A stretch of 64,000 nt of DNA, from positions 137,565 to 201,564 of the forward strand of contig CAVSQB010000009.1 in NCBI GenBank assembly GCA_963729895.1. The letters run 5' to 3'. The translations under genes and the position numbers were made by a program. The DNA comes from an uncultured Fibrobacterota bacterium. Lineage in GTDB: Bacteria > Fibrobacterota > Chitinivibrionia > Chitinivibrionales > FEN-1185. This document shows positions 10,465-19,190 of the stretch, piece by piece; within the stretch, counting starts at the first letter, position 1; each line of letters opens with the position of its first letter. The notes under the pieces are model-generated. The model was not told where the DNA came from and ran no database searches. It saw nothing but the letters and a program-made list of their open reading frames with translations.

Positions 10465-11769
10465 TCACTTCACTTTGTCTTGGGCATCGCTCCGGCCCGA
10501 TTGCCAGAACTCGTGGAAATTAAACCTGGACATAAAGAGCACGCGCACATCCTTCTTGTAATAATCGTTTACCAGATATTCCACCTGCGGTTCAAGAACC
10601 AGACTTACCACCGGCGTGAACCACGGCACTGTCCACCTGCCATAGGCGTATGCGGTGTAGGCATTGCTCCAATCCGGTTGAAGAAGGGTCTTGTACCGGT
10701 CGAACTGGAACGCGGCCCCGACATCGCCTATCCGTGCGTAGGTTAATGTATACCCAGGCACGATTTCGTAGGTGGTTCCGTGAACGCCCGTGTTGGCGCA
10801 CAGCCGCAACGAGGCGCCTTTCGCCAGAATGTTGCAACTCGCCAGATGATCGATCCCTTCCCCGAACGACCGCAGCGAATAGTTGCCCTGCAGTGAGATG
10901 TCGCTGGCCGCGTACAGGCCCAGCAGCATGCCGCCTTCGTTGTATTTGTTAAGAAACAGGCGTTCGTAGTAGTTCACCGAATCTATCTGCTCCGACTGCC
11001 CGGCAACGTGCAGTCCGAACCGGAGAAAATCACATTTGACAAGACTTGCCTGCAGAAAATAGTCGTCCATGGAACGCGCCGCAAGGTCGTACCGAGCATG
11101 GCCTTTGATATCGACGCTATGCGCCACATCGGATCGAATGCTGACTGCCGCGTGATAGTGCCGCTGGTCCGCGTCTTCTTTGTCTGATGCGAGGCCGATA
11201 CCGAGTTCGGTTCCCCGCATTATGCGCGCGATTCCGTACAACCCGGCTTCAACCCTCCTGGGGTCGATGCTTACGATACTGTCAGTATAGCGCGACGGCG
11301 CGGCCGTGCCGGCAAAGGCGGCGAGCGACAGTACCTTGCCCGCATCGTAATTCATGGCGAGACCGTCCAGATATCCGGCGTCCCTGGCGAAACTGTTGAC
11401 AAACTGCCTGCCGAGGCTGATGCCGATGCCCGATGCCTCCGGGGCCCAGTCGAGGCTGGTGGAGCGGATTTCGTACTGCGTGGGCATTCCCGTTGTCTTG
11501 TCGTTTGTCACGCTCACGTCCGACGAAAACGAAAGCGGCACGTCTCCCGGATTCCGTACCGCGAGATTGAGATCTTCGTAGAAGTTGTCTCGAACGGAAG
11601 TGGTATCGAACTTATCGCTGCGGCCGTAGTACGTATTACCCTCGTACAGATCAAGCGACAGCGCGAACGCTCCGGAAAAGAGCAGCAGGCACATTCCGCA
11701 CGCCGCGTGATGGTTCGGCGCGGTGCCGCGCGCGTTCCCGCTCCCTGCGGCCAGGCGAGGCTTCAACAT
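10465..11769 (-). CDS. Probable outer-membrane beta-barrel (porin of a porin-cytochrome complex)
   Basis: Signal peptide (LLLFSGAFA); no internal TM helices; alternating amphipathic strands rich in Y/F/G (ISLGRQF, YLDGLAMNY, VLFMSRFNF); lies between hydrogenase and multiheme cytochromes. Confidence 0.65.
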   Translation of the reverse strand: MLKPRLAAGSGNARGTAPNHHAACGMCLLLFSGAFALSLDLYEGNTYYGRSDKFDTTSVRDNFYEDLNLAVRNPGDVPLSFSSDVSVTNDKTTGMPTQYEIRSTSLDWAPEASGIGISLGRQFVNSFARDAGYLDGLAMNYDAGKVLSLAAFAGTAAPSRYTDSIVSIDPRRVEAGLYGIARIMRGTELGIGLASDKEDADQRHYHAAVSIRSDVAHSVDIKGHARYDLAARSMDDYFLQASLVKCDFLRFGLHVAGQSEQIDSVNYYERLFLNKYNEGGMLLGLYAASDISLQGNYSLRSFGEGIDHLASCNILAKGASLRLCANTGVHGTTYEIVPGYTLTYARIGDVGAAFQFDRYKTLLQPDWSNAYTAYAYGRWTVPWFTPVVSLVLEPQVEYLVNDYYKKDVRVLFMSRFNFHEFWQSGRSDAQDKVK

Positions 11770-13331
11770 ACCCTGAACCTCGCCAGTTCGCGGCCCGCCT
11801 TCACGCTGTGAATGGCACAGGCCAGGCAGGGATCAAAAGTCCGCACGATTCTTGCGGCTTCCATCGGGTTCTTCTCGTCAGAAACCGGCACGCCCGCGAG
11901 CGCCTGCTCCATGGGACCTGCGATACCGCTGTCGTCACGCGGGGACGCGTTCCACGTGGTAGGCACGATGCACTGATACCGGTCTATTTTTCCTTTCTTT
12001 ACCGAGATCCAATGACCCAGCGCGCCCCTGGGAGCTTCGCCCAGGCCGACCCCTTCCCCGGTTTCCGGTATTGCACATTCGGTCCGCGGTTTCTGGCCGA
12101 CTTCAACCTGCTCAAGCCAGCCCGCAATCTTCTTGCACAGAAGCTTGCTTTCTATGGCCCTGGCAGCGTGGCGCCCTATTGCAGACTGCAATTGCGCAAG
12201 CGTAAGGCCGGCGGCGGCCATTACCATGTCCACTTCCTTCTTTATGTCGGCATTGCCTGCACTGTATCCAACCATGATTCGCGCCAGCGGGCCCACTTCC
12301 ATGGGTTTGCCGCCGTACCGAGGAGCCTTGATCCATGTATACGCGCCCTGCTTGTCCGGCTGAGGCTCGGTCTGGCCCTGCGACGGGTGCAGGTTCGAGG
12401 GCGAAGAGTAGCGTGAATGCAGCACCTGTTCGGTGATCTTCGACGGATCGAAGGCCTGCCGCTTCCCGGCCGAAACGATGCCCGGCGGGAAATAAAGGTC
12501 GCCCGGTTCCGGGCCGTCGGGGAATTCGCCATAAGCAAGAAAATCACCGAACTTCCCTATCTCCGCATAGCCCGGCAGCGTTTTTGCCAAGGCCACCACG
12601 TCGGGAGCATACGCCGTATGTACAAAGTTGCTGATCTCCGACAGAATCGCTCCCGCCCGTTCGACTGCCTCTTTGTCAGGGGTCTTTGCAATGCCGCCCG
12701 CAACAAGCCCGATGGCATGCGGCACCCGCCCGGCGAAAAGCGCTACCAGCCGGTGCGCCTTCATGCGGATATCGAGCCCCTGTACATAATGAGCAATTGC
12801 CGCGATATTGAATTCGGCGTCCTTGATGTAGAAGCCTTCCCCGGTGTAGCGCGGCAGGAAGGGAGCGCAGGCTGTCAGAGCATCGACGCCTGCTTTTTTT
12901 CCCGCGAGCTCGCTTTTCGCCCACGCCTTGAGGTAGTTGAGTTTTCCGTCGTTGCCGGAATACGTGAGGATCGCGGTGATGTCCACAAAGTCAAGCGCGG
13001 CAAGATGGTAGAAATGCAGGATGTGCGATTGCAAATAGTTCGACGCGAGGGCCAGGTTGCGGAGCAGCCTGCCGTTCTTGTTCGGCGTTGCGCCGCATGC
13101 GTTTTCCACACACCGGGACGATTCTATGCCGTGGGAAATGGGACACACGCCGCATATCCGCTGCGCGATCTGCACCGCGTCAAACGGGTTTCTTCCGATG
13201 AGGATCTGTTCGAAGCCGCGGAACATGTCACCGCGCACCCGCGCGGACTTGACTACGCCCGCGTCAAGGTCAAGCTCGATGGACAGGTGGCCTTCGATGC
13301 GGGAAATGGGATCTATGACGATTTTTGACAT
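11763..13331 (-). CDS. [NiFe]-hydrogenase large subunit (group 1, 1a-like)
   Basis: IDPISRIEGHL, RGFE, L1 QRICGVCPISH, EAPRGALGHW, VPTTWN, L2 FDPCLACAIH followed by a 14-aa cleavable tail. Confidence 0.97.
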   Translation of the reverse strand: MSKIVIDPISRIEGHLSIELDLDAGVVKSARVRGDMFRGFEQILIGRNPFDAVQIAQRICGVCPISHGIESSRCVENACGATPNKNGRLLRNLALASNYLQSHILHFYHLAALDFVDITAILTYSGNDGKLNYLKAWAKSELAGKKAGVDALTACAPFLPRYTGEGFYIKDAEFNIAAIAHYVQGLDIRMKAHRLVALFAGRVPHAIGLVAGGIAKTPDKEAVERAGAILSEISNFVHTAYAPDVVALAKTLPGYAEIGKFGDFLAYGEFPDGPEPGDLYFPPGIVSAGKRQAFDPSKITEQVLHSRYSSPSNLHPSQGQTEPQPDKQGAYTWIKAPRYGGKPMEVGPLARIMVGYSAGNADIKKEVDMVMAAAGLTLAQLQSAIGRHAARAIESKLLCKKIAGWLEQVEVGQKPRTECAIPETGEGVGLGEAPRGALGHWISVKKGKIDRYQCIVPTTWNASPRDDSGIAGPMEQALAGVPVSDEKNPMEAARIVRTFDPCLACAIHSVKAGRELARFRVC

Positions 13332-13343
13332 AGTATTCAATAG

Positions 13344-13378
13344 TAACTTTTAACTGTCAACTGTTAACTTCAAACTCT
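13344..13378. repeat. Five imperfect 7-bp tandem units (TAACTTT TAACTGT CAACTGT TAACTTC AAACTCT) in the spacer between small and large subunits
   Basis: Read directly from sequence. Confidence 0.55.
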
Positions 13379-13379
13379 T

Positions 13380-14294
13380 TTATGCTTTCTTCATCGGAAA
13401 CAGCCCCCGTATCCCGGTGTCCGGAAACACGGGCTCCGTGCAGCCGATGCAGCCTCCGCCGCACCCGGTGCACGAATTCACGCCCAGCCATTTGCGCACA
13501 GGAATATCGCAGTTTGAATCGATGCCCAGGCACCCAATTTTGTACAGGCACCCTTTGTCGCCCCAGAAGCGCGCGAACAGGTCGTTCCGGTACTCCTGCA
13601 GGTGCTCGCATTTGTCATGGACAGTGTTCATGTAATACAACAACGGCCGGCCATACGCGTCGAGTTTGAGCCTTTTGCCCATAATCAGATGCACGAGGCT
13701 ACCGATGATCCAATCCGGGTGCGCCGGGCAGCCGGGAATATTGATCTGCTTTGCATTGGGCAATACACTCCACACCGACGCTGCTCCGGTCGGGTTTTCG
13801 CCGCCCGTACGGAGGCGCGCCCCCGGAATGCAGCCGTACGTGGCGCACGTGCCCACGGCAACGACCGCCTTTGCATTCCTGGCAAGCAACGTCACCCACT
13901 CCTGCACGCCGCGCGGTTTTCCTTCCACTTCCCCGATGGTGCAGAACGCCTCCGACTTCTGCGGTATGGAGCCTTCCACCACCAGGATGTAGTCCTTCTT
14001 GCCTTCGTCAAGTGTTTTCAAAAGAACATTGATTGCGGTGTCGCCGGTTGCGGTAGAAAGGGTCTGGTGAAAATGCAGGCTGATATGATTGGTAAGCAAC
14101 GTCGCGATGTCCGGATCGCCGGCATTGAGAAGCGATACGGAGTCGCCCGAACAGCTCTGGCCCTGGAGCCAGATCACGGCGGTGCGCGACGACGCTTTGC
14201 CCAGCGTGAGCTTTGTCCCGGCGAGGAGTACCTCGGGGAAAGTCAGAAACGCGGTTGCGCCGCCGACGATCCGGATGAATTCCCTTCTGTTCAC
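13380..14294 (-). CDS. [NiFe]-hydrogenase small subunit with Tat signal
   Basis: MNRREFIR twin-arginine; VIWLQGQSCSGD, LVVEGSIP, GTCATYG, IPGCPAHP, HDKC, CLYKIGC, CIGC; no C-terminal membrane anchor. Confidence 0.95.
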   Translation of the reverse strand: MNRREFIRIVGGATAFLTFPEVLLAGTKLTLGKASSRTAVIWLQGQSCSGDSVSLLNAGDPDIATLLTNHISLHFHQTLSTATGDTAINVLLKTLDEGKKDYILVVEGSIPQKSEAFCTIGEVEGKPRGVQEWVTLLARNAKAVVAVGTCATYGCIPGARLRTGGENPTGAASVWSVLPNAKQINIPGCPAHPDWIIGSLVHLIMGKRLKLDAYGRPLLYYMNTVHDKCEHLQEYRNDLFARFWGDKGCLYKIGCLGIDSNCDIPVRKWLGVNSCTGCGGGCIGCTEPVFPDTGIRGLFPMKKA

Positions 14295-14797
14295 TGCTGT
14301 TGCACGTCTCCGCCTGATGTCGTTGCAGACTTAGCCATCTGATACTCGGCGACCGTTTGCCGTACCAGCCCTACGACTTTGGGGACAGCGGCCAGCACCG
14401 CTCTCGTCGGCACCATGCCCATTGTCACGACATCCTGAGGCACAACGCCGATGATCTCCACTTCGGGCCGCTCGCCCAGAAGGGACAGGGCCTCCAGCGC
14501 CTCGATAATACTTGCCTCATGCAAAGAAACCGCATGGGGGACCGATGAAGCCAGACGCCGCGCATCGAACCTGAAAATGCTGCCCGGTTCTTCGCTCGCT
14601 TCAAGCGCGTCCACAACGATCACCCGCTCTCGTCCCTGCATCATTGCAGGAAGATCAAGCCCGCACGATGCCGCGTCTATCGCCTCCACCCAGTCGGGCA
14701 AATTTTCCGAGTCGGTGAGCTGGTTAACCGCATGAATCCCCACGCCGTCGTCCGTGCGGAGAAGGTTTCCTATTCCAAGGATGAGGAAAGGTTTCAT
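14291..14797 (-). CDS. Hydrogenase maturation endopeptidase (HyaD/HybD/HycI family)
   Basis: ILGIGNLLRTDDGVG, VIVVDA, SLHE motifs; stop overlaps the small-subunit start (GTGA). Confidence 0.93.
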   Translation of the reverse strand: MKPFLILGIGNLLRTDDGVGIHAVNQLTDSENLPDWVEAIDAASCGLDLPAMMQGRERVIVVDALEASEEPGSIFRFDARRLASSVPHAVSLHEASIIEALEALSLLGERPEVEIIGVVPQDVVTMGMVPTRAVLAAVPKVVGLVRQTVAEYQMAKSATTSGGDVQQQ

Positions 14798-14894
14798 TGC
14801 AATTCACCCTATGATAAAATATTTCGCCGAGAAAGAGTTGCCAATTCTTTTTTCTTCCTCGCGGTAAGCGATATCTTGTTTTGCAATAGGGTAT

Positions 14895-14912
14895 TAGAGA
14901 ACTATTTCACAT
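14895..14912 (-). promoter_or_regulatory. Possible Rex-like operator upstream of the hydrogenase operon
   Basis: Minus strand ATGTGAAATAGTTCTCTA matches 11 of 14 fixed positions of TTGTGAA-N4-TTCACAA. Confidence 0.3.
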
Positions 14913-15032
14913 GGAGCGTCTTGTCCGGGATCATCACGGATGTCGCCCCTCCGGCGCCATAGAAACCCGGCGCCACCGGCAGGCAGGTGTCCGGTGTTTT
15001 CCGCGGAGACTCTTTTGAAAGCCATCTCGTCC

Positions 15033-16130
15033 CTACCTCTGCACGCGCGCGCTTCCGCCCTTCATGATCTTTTCCACTTCCTTGAGTGATGCGGTTGAGG
15101 TATCACCCGGCGTGGTCATGGCGTGCGCGCCATGGGCCGCACCGCAGTCCACGCAGTACTGCGGATCCTTGGCCGCGAGGAACCCGTAGATACAGCCCGA
15201 GGCAAAGCTGTCGCCGCCGCCCACACGGTCGCAAATAGCAAGGTCGCAATAATTCCGTGACTCGTAGAATTTTCCGTCGCAGAAGAGTACGGCCGCCCAG
15301 TCGTTTATCGACGCGGTCTTTGCGTCACGCAGCGTGGTGGCCACGGCCTTGAAATTCGGATAGGCCTTGACCGCCTTTTCGATCATCCTCTTGAAGCTGG
15401 CTGTGTTGAGCCCGCTCAGATTTTCATCAACGCCCTCTACCTCAAACCCGAGTGCGGCGGTAAAGTCTTCCTCATTGCCGATCATGACATCCACGTAGTG
15501 TGCAATCTCCCGGTTGACTTCCTGCGACTTGGCCCTGCCGCCGATCGATTTCCACAGGGATTCTCGATAGTTAAGGTCGTAACTGATCACGGTGCCGCAG
15601 GCCTTTGCCGCTTTCATGGCCTCTATCACCACATCGGCCGTGGTGGCCGACAACGCCGCAAAAATGCCGCCGCAGTGGAACCAGCGGCTGCCCTCGTCCT
15701 TGAACAATTTGTTCCAGTCGACATCGCCCACTTTCATCTGTGAAGCGGCCGAGTTGCCGCGGTCCGACACACCGAGCGCGGCTCGCACCCCGAACCCCCG
15801 CTCCGTAAAGTTAAGCCCCACGCGAACGTTGCGACCGATGCCGTCGAACGGCACCCAGGCAATGTGCGACGGATCAACGCCGCCCTGAAACACCAGATCA
15901 AGCGCAAGCTGCCCAACGTCGTTTTCGGGAAGGGCGGTCACGATCGATGTGTTGAGCCCGAAGCAGCGCTTGAGGCCGCGCGCGACATTGTACTCGCCGC
16001 CGCCTTCCCACACCTTGAATTCCCGCGCGCACCTGATGCGGCATTCGCCCGGGTCGAGCCGGAGCATGATTTCGCCCAGAGAGACTTGGTCCCATTTGCA
16101 TTGCGATTTTGGTTTGATGGTGAGGGGCAT
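15033..16130 (-). CDS. kdgK: 2-dehydro-3-deoxygluconokinase (PfkB family)
   Basis: LGEIMLRLDP, GGGEYNVA, SYDLNYR, GNEEDF, DRVGGGDSF; adjacent to eda. Confidence 0.9.
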   Translation of the reverse strand: MPLTIKPKSQCKWDQVSLGEIMLRLDPGECRIRCAREFKVWEGGGEYNVARGLKRCFGLNTSIVTALPENDVGQLALDLVFQGGVDPSHIAWVPFDGIGRNVRVGLNFTERGFGVRAALGVSDRGNSAASQMKVGDVDWNKLFKDEGSRWFHCGGIFAALSATTADVVIEAMKAAKACGTVISYDLNYRESLWKSIGGRAKSQEVNREIAHYVDVMIGNEEDFTAALGFEVEGVDENLSGLNTASFKRMIEKAVKAYPNFKAVATTLRDAKTASINDWAAVLFCDGKFYESRNYCDLAICDRVGGGDSFASGCIYGFLAAKDPQYCVDCGAAHGAHAMTTPGDTSTASLKEVEKIMKGGSARVQR

Positions 16131-16156
16131 GTAGGGGCTCCTGTTGATGAGTTGAG

Positions 16157-16188
16157 GCGTATATGCGTATATGGGTGTATGCGTTGAT
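16157..16188. repeat. Four imperfect 8-bp tandem units (GCGTATAT x2, GGGTGTAT, GCGTTGAT)
   Basis: Read directly; intergenic. Confidence 0.5.
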
Positions 16189-16213
16189 ATGGTTGATTTA
16201 CACTAGTAGTGTT

Positions 16214-16240
16214 GTCACTCCCGCGGAAAGCGGAAGTCCA
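16214..16240 (+). repeat. REP-like palindrome remnant GTCACTCCCGCGGAAAGCGGAAGTCCA
   Basis: Resembles the widespread GTCATTCCCGCGAAAGCGGGAATCCA intergenic palindrome. Confidence 0.5.
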
Positions 16241-16270
16241 TCATTCACCACTATCGTCCGTATAGAGGGT

Positions 16271-16918
16271 CTATTTCTTGACCTCAGCCGCTTTGGCAAT
16301 CTCTACTGCCCGTTTCGTAATGTCTGCTATCCGGTCGAAAGCCTTCGCATTGATAAGGTCGGCCTTGGCTATCCACGTCCCGCCGCAGCACAGCGTCTTT
16401 GCAAACGCAAGGTATGCGGAAAGGTTTCTTTCGTCTATGCCGCCCGTGGGCACGAACCGCACCTTGCCGTACGGAGCGCTTATGGCCGTCAGCGTCTTGA
16501 GGCCGCCCATGGCCTCGGCGGGGAAGAACTTGAGCACGTCTACGCCCAGGTCAAGCCCCATTTCTATTTCCGTGGGCGTGGCAACGCCGGGCGTAACCGG
16601 AATGCCGTTCTTCACGCAATACTCCACCACTGCGGGGTTGAACCCCGGAGCCACGATGAAAACCGCGCCGCAGTCAATGGCTTTTTTAACCGTCTCCACG
16701 TTGAGCACCGTTCCCGCGCCAACGAGCATGTCGCCCCGTGACGCCATTTTTCTTATCGCGTCAGCGGCCGCCGCGGTGCGGAAAGTAATTTCGGCACAGG
16801 GCAGGCCGCCCTTTACAAACGCCTCGGCAAGCGACGGCGCATCGCCGGCGTCATCAATCTTGACGACCGGGATCACCTTCATCTGTTCGAATTTCCCGAA
16901 GAGTTCTGTCTTGTCCAT
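16271..16918 (-). CDS. eda: KDPG/KHG aldolase
   Basis: ATG 16918 after AAGGAG; AEITFRT, VGAGTVL, PGVATPTE, LKFFPAE, FVPTGGI. Confidence 0.95.
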   Translation of the reverse strand: MDKTELFGKFEQMKVIPVVKIDDAGDAPSLAEAFVKGGLPCAEITFRTAAAADAIRKMASRGDMLVGAGTVLNVETVKKAIDCGAVFIVAPGFNPAVVEYCVKNGIPVTPGVATPTEIEMGLDLGVDVLKFFPAEAMGGLKTLTAISAPYGKVRFVPTGGIDERNLSAYLAFAKTLCCGGTWIAKADLINAKAFDRIADITKRAVEIAKAAEVKK

Positions 16919-17006
16919 GAAAGCTCCTTGCCGCGAATGATAGTTGCCCTCAATGCCGTTGTCCTCTGATCCTCTGCCTTTCAATCGTCAATCTACCTTA
17001 TCCAAT

Positions 17007-19007
17007 CTACAATTCTTCATAGATTTCCCCGCTCAGATATGCATGCCACGCCGTCTCGAACCAGGCGTCAGGCTTGGGCAAAGGACGGCGCGGCACCCAC
17101 CGGTGGGTGAACGTCGCGTTTTCGATCGACGCCACGTCGGTTTCCATTACCTTGTCCAGGAAATTCGCATCCTGCTCCGCGAACCGCCACTCGTCACCCA
17201 AGTCCTTGTGTGCAAGCGTTCCGCTCCTGTCGAGCACCAGGGCCGACCCCCTGCTGCCGACGCCGCTGTCTACCGCGAACTTCACTGCGTCAAGATATGC
17301 CACGTGCGCAAAACACAATTGCAGGTTGCGGAGCGATTCAACCGTGTCCCTGGGAGTCTTGCAGGCGCTGCCTTCCCGGGAAAGCCGCAGGTACTGGTTT
17401 CTCGCTTCCGCAAGCGCTTCGTTCAACATCTGCGCGCTACGGATATGTGCGCCTGCCCGCGTCATGCGTTCCTGGAATTCTTCGCGAGCCTGTCTCCACG
17501 GAGTCCCGGACGATTTCCCCTTCTCTATCCAGCCGAGCAGCGACCGGAGATTTTTCTTAGCCTCGCCGGCAGCGGAAGATTCCGAAAGATCGCTCCTTGC
17601 ATACTTGTTTGCAATGCATTCCGCGGCGCGAAAGCCCGCCACCTGGCCGGAATTCAGCGCCGAGCCTCCTGGTCTGTAAACGCCGTGGGAGCCGTTCACC
17701 TCGCCCACGGGGAACAGGTGCTTTACATTAAGCGATTCCCACCACAGGTTCCCGGCAAGCCCTCCGTTGTTGTGCTGGGCGCACACGGCAATCTCAAGCG
17801 GTTCCTTGGTGATATCAATGCCATGTTCCTTGTACAAATCAACGGCAGGTCGGTTCATTTTCTGCAAACGTTGGATGGGCGAATCGAAGAGGGCACCGGA
17901 TTTGTCAAGATAGTCGTGCGCCTCCTTCGAGAGTCCGCCGCAATCAAACCCGTCGGGGTTCTTCCTATAGTCAAGGAAAACGCGACGTCCTTTGATGACG
18001 GTCTCGATGTAGACGAGAAGGTCGATAAGCGACGAACCGCCAGCCACCTTGCGCGGGTCGAACGGCCATTGGTACCCTTTGAGAAACACCATGCTGTTCA
18101 TGCGGCCCGCGTCGTCAAAAAACGGGCAAAGAAATTCCTTTTCATGTCCGGCGCCGTCGGACGCGGTGCTGATGAACCGAGGTATTGCCTGCATATAGGT
18201 GCCGGACACATTCCACCGGAACTTGACAGACGCCATTCCATATTGCGATTCGGGAAGGCCCTGCGCCCGTGCACCGGCCCGGAGGGCAAGACCTATTCCT
18301 CCGGTGTGCGCCTTGGGATATACGCTTGTCGTGTACAACCCGCCCGGGCCGCCAGCGGCAAAAACCACGTTGTCCGCAACGTACAGTTCGGGAGCGAAAG
18401 CGGGGCGCGTTGCCTCCTGGTTCACGACGATGGCCCCCGCGGCGCGTTGTGCGCCGCCTTCTTCCGTTGTCAATAACGATACCGCAACACGCCTCTCGCG
18501 CGTGGCAATCCCCCTGCGCCGCACTTCATTGATGAGGGCGCGGCACATCTCGCGCGACGTGTATGGTCCGGAGGAGGTCGCACGCTGACGCGGGTCGTGG
18601 TCGGTTTTGTACCCCACGTACTGACCGTATTTGTCGGACGGAAACTTGACGCCCAGATTGACAAGACTGAGAAATGCACGGGCGGACAGCGAGGCCTCCA
18701 CGAGCGCGAGATCGCCGTGCATGCCGCCGTTTGCAAAGAACGACTCCGCAAGCGCCATGGGGGAATCGTCCTGGCTGCCGTACATCCCGAGCTTGTAATA
18801 GGTCTGCTTGTCGCTGCCCGTGTTGATGGATGTGCCCATGGAAAGCCCCTCGGTCACGATGCACACGTCGGTGATTCCGTTCGCGTGAAGCTGTACCGCG
18901 GCATTGAGCCCCGCCGCACCTGAGCCAATCACGAGTGTGTGAACGCGGACGTAGGGAACGGAAAGCTTTTTACCGGCATGTCTGACAACAAGTTTCTTGA
19001 TTTTCAT
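17007..19007 (-). CDS. FAD-binding oxidoreductase (SdhA/NadB-like flavoprotein family)
   Basis: LVIGSGAAG dinucleotide-binding motif, GTSINTGSDKQTYY, AQHNNGGL, GEVNGSHG..RPGGSALN; start ATG 19007. Confidence 0.8.
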   Translation of the reverse strand: MKIKKLVVRHAGKKLSVPYVRVHTLVIGSGAAGLNAAVQLHANGITDVCIVTEGLSMGTSINTGSDKQTYYKLGMYGSQDDSPMALAESFFANGGMHGDLALVEASLSARAFLSLVNLGVKFPSDKYGQYVGYKTDHDPRQRATSSGPYTSREMCRALINEVRRRGIATRERRVAVSLLTTEEGGAQRAAGAIVVNQEATRPAFAPELYVADNVVFAAGGPGGLYTTSVYPKAHTGGIGLALRAGARAQGLPESQYGMASVKFRWNVSGTYMQAIPRFISTASDGAGHEKEFLCPFFDDAGRMNSMVFLKGYQWPFDPRKVAGGSSLIDLLVYIETVIKGRRVFLDYRKNPDGFDCGGLSKEAHDYLDKSGALFDSPIQRLQKMNRPAVDLYKEHGIDITKEPLEIAVCAQHNNGGLAGNLWWESLNVKHLFPVGEVNGSHGVYRPGGSALNSGQVAGFRAAECIANKYARSDLSESSAAGEAKKNLRSLLGWIEKGKSSGTPWRQAREEFQERMTRAGAHIRSAQMLNEALAEARNQYLRLSREGSACKTPRDTVESLRNLQLCFAHVAYLDAVKFAVDSGVGSRGSALVLDRSGTLAHKDLGDEWRFAEQDANFLDKVMETDVASIENATFTHRWVPRRPLPKPDAWFETAWHAYLSGEIYEEL

Positions 19008-19081
19008 ATGACAATTTCCTACGACAGAATTGCCAAGTAGTTTTCCGGGAAACCTTGACTTGTTATTCCCTTTCGACCTCA

Positions 19082-19106
19082 CCCCCTCTCCCATAGGGAG
19101 AGGGGG
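19082..19106. repeat. REP-like palindrome CCCCCTCTCCC-ATA-GGGAGAGGGGG
   Basis: Perfect 11-bp stem in an intra-operon spacer. Confidence 0.6.
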
Positions 19107-19143
19107 ATTGGAAGACAAACAGGGAAGCAATTGATCCGACTAT

Positions 19144-19171
19144 AGACTGCCTCGCTGCGCTCGCAATGACA
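19144..19171 (-). repeat. REP-like remnant TGTCATTGCGAGCGCAGCGAGGCAGTCT
   Basis: Resembles the common GTCATTGCGAGCGCAGCGAAGCAATC intergenic element. Confidence 0.5.
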
Positions 19172-19190
19172 TCTACAATTCGCATTATTC

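Noticed and set aside
11763..11850. Possible selenocysteine ([NiFeSe]) hydrogenase
   Set aside because: The L2 motif is DPCLAC with ordinary Cys codons and no in-frame TGA
16944..18476. 510-aa plus-strand ORF and other long antisense ORFs (e.g. 23919..25286, 40493..41746, 12417..13328)
   Set aside because: Shadow frames opposite well-supported genes in GC-rich DNA, with no motifs or RBS
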